Source: Balanoglossus misakiensis
Taxonomy: Eukaryota; Animalia; Hemichordata
Direction of reading: 5' to 3'
NCBI GenBank assembly: GCA_040954595.2
Contig: CM082576.2
Span: 13,705,129-13,769,128, forward strand
Length of the DNA: 64,000 bases
Shown here: positions 63,601 through 64,000 of the stretch, in pieces
Layout: each line of letters opens with the position of its first letter
Numbering within the stretch: position 1 is the stretch's first letter
Translations under genes and position numbers: made by a program
The notes under the pieces: generated by a model
What the model saw: the letters and a program-made list of their open reading frames with translations, nothing else
Databases searched by the model: none
Told to the model about the DNA's origin: nothing

Positions 63601-64000
63601 TCTCCTCAAAATTTAGTCACTGGCAACTTCAAACCAGAATGTTATACTTTCAGTACAGAATATGTTCAAGCAATACATATTTGGATGGTTCAATCATGTT
63701 TTCTTTAGTGGCCTTACTTGTTCAATCTGAAGGGAATAAGAGGATCTCTGGCAGACAACACCCAAAACAAAACAGTTTCACTTTCTGCCATACCATTTTG
63801 ACATCAGGTGAACTTGAAAAGGTCAAAGGTTAAAACAGGATCAGAATGAACAGTTGAAAGAAAGCGAGTCTGGTTTAATGGTGTGTAGCCATAAAAGTAC
63901 ATGATACATGTAAATACCTGCGAGTAGAACAAATATGTTGTTTTTTGAGGAGAGAAGGCATCTCTGAGAGTGTTCAACTCTCAAGTCAACATTTTGACAA

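Overview
Eukaryotic genomic DNA, most likely from a non-vertebrate deuterostome (hemichordate- or echinoderm-like, judged from a sea-urchin-type arylsulfatase, a peripherin-2-like gene and mosaic CpG depletion). Genes reconstructed by hand from splice sites: a partial exon at the left edge (-); a 4-exon CD225/dispanin membrane protein (-); an intronless PP1-regulatory ankyrin protein (+); a 3-exon peripherin-2/ROM1-like tetraspanin (-); intronless TBCC (-) head-to-head with a 6-exon arylsulfatase (+); a 5-exon prenylcysteine-oxidase-like flavoprotein (-) with a probable GC-AG intron; and, from about 45 kb to the end, the apparent 5' part of a large + strand gene with several candidate alternative first exons. 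The most striking element is an intact 6.2-kb Tx1-clade LINE (ORF1 + APE-RT ORF2, TAATG-coupled) inserted inside an (ATC)n microsatellite in the peripherin-like intron, a candidate microsatellite-specific retrotransposon. Also present: a 5'-truncated RTE-X-like LINE, a Harbinger MITE, other MITE remnants, tiny palindromes with 7-bp duplications resembling P-element excision footprints, RFX X-boxes and a CRE cluster. All family assignments come from recalled motifs; no database search was run.
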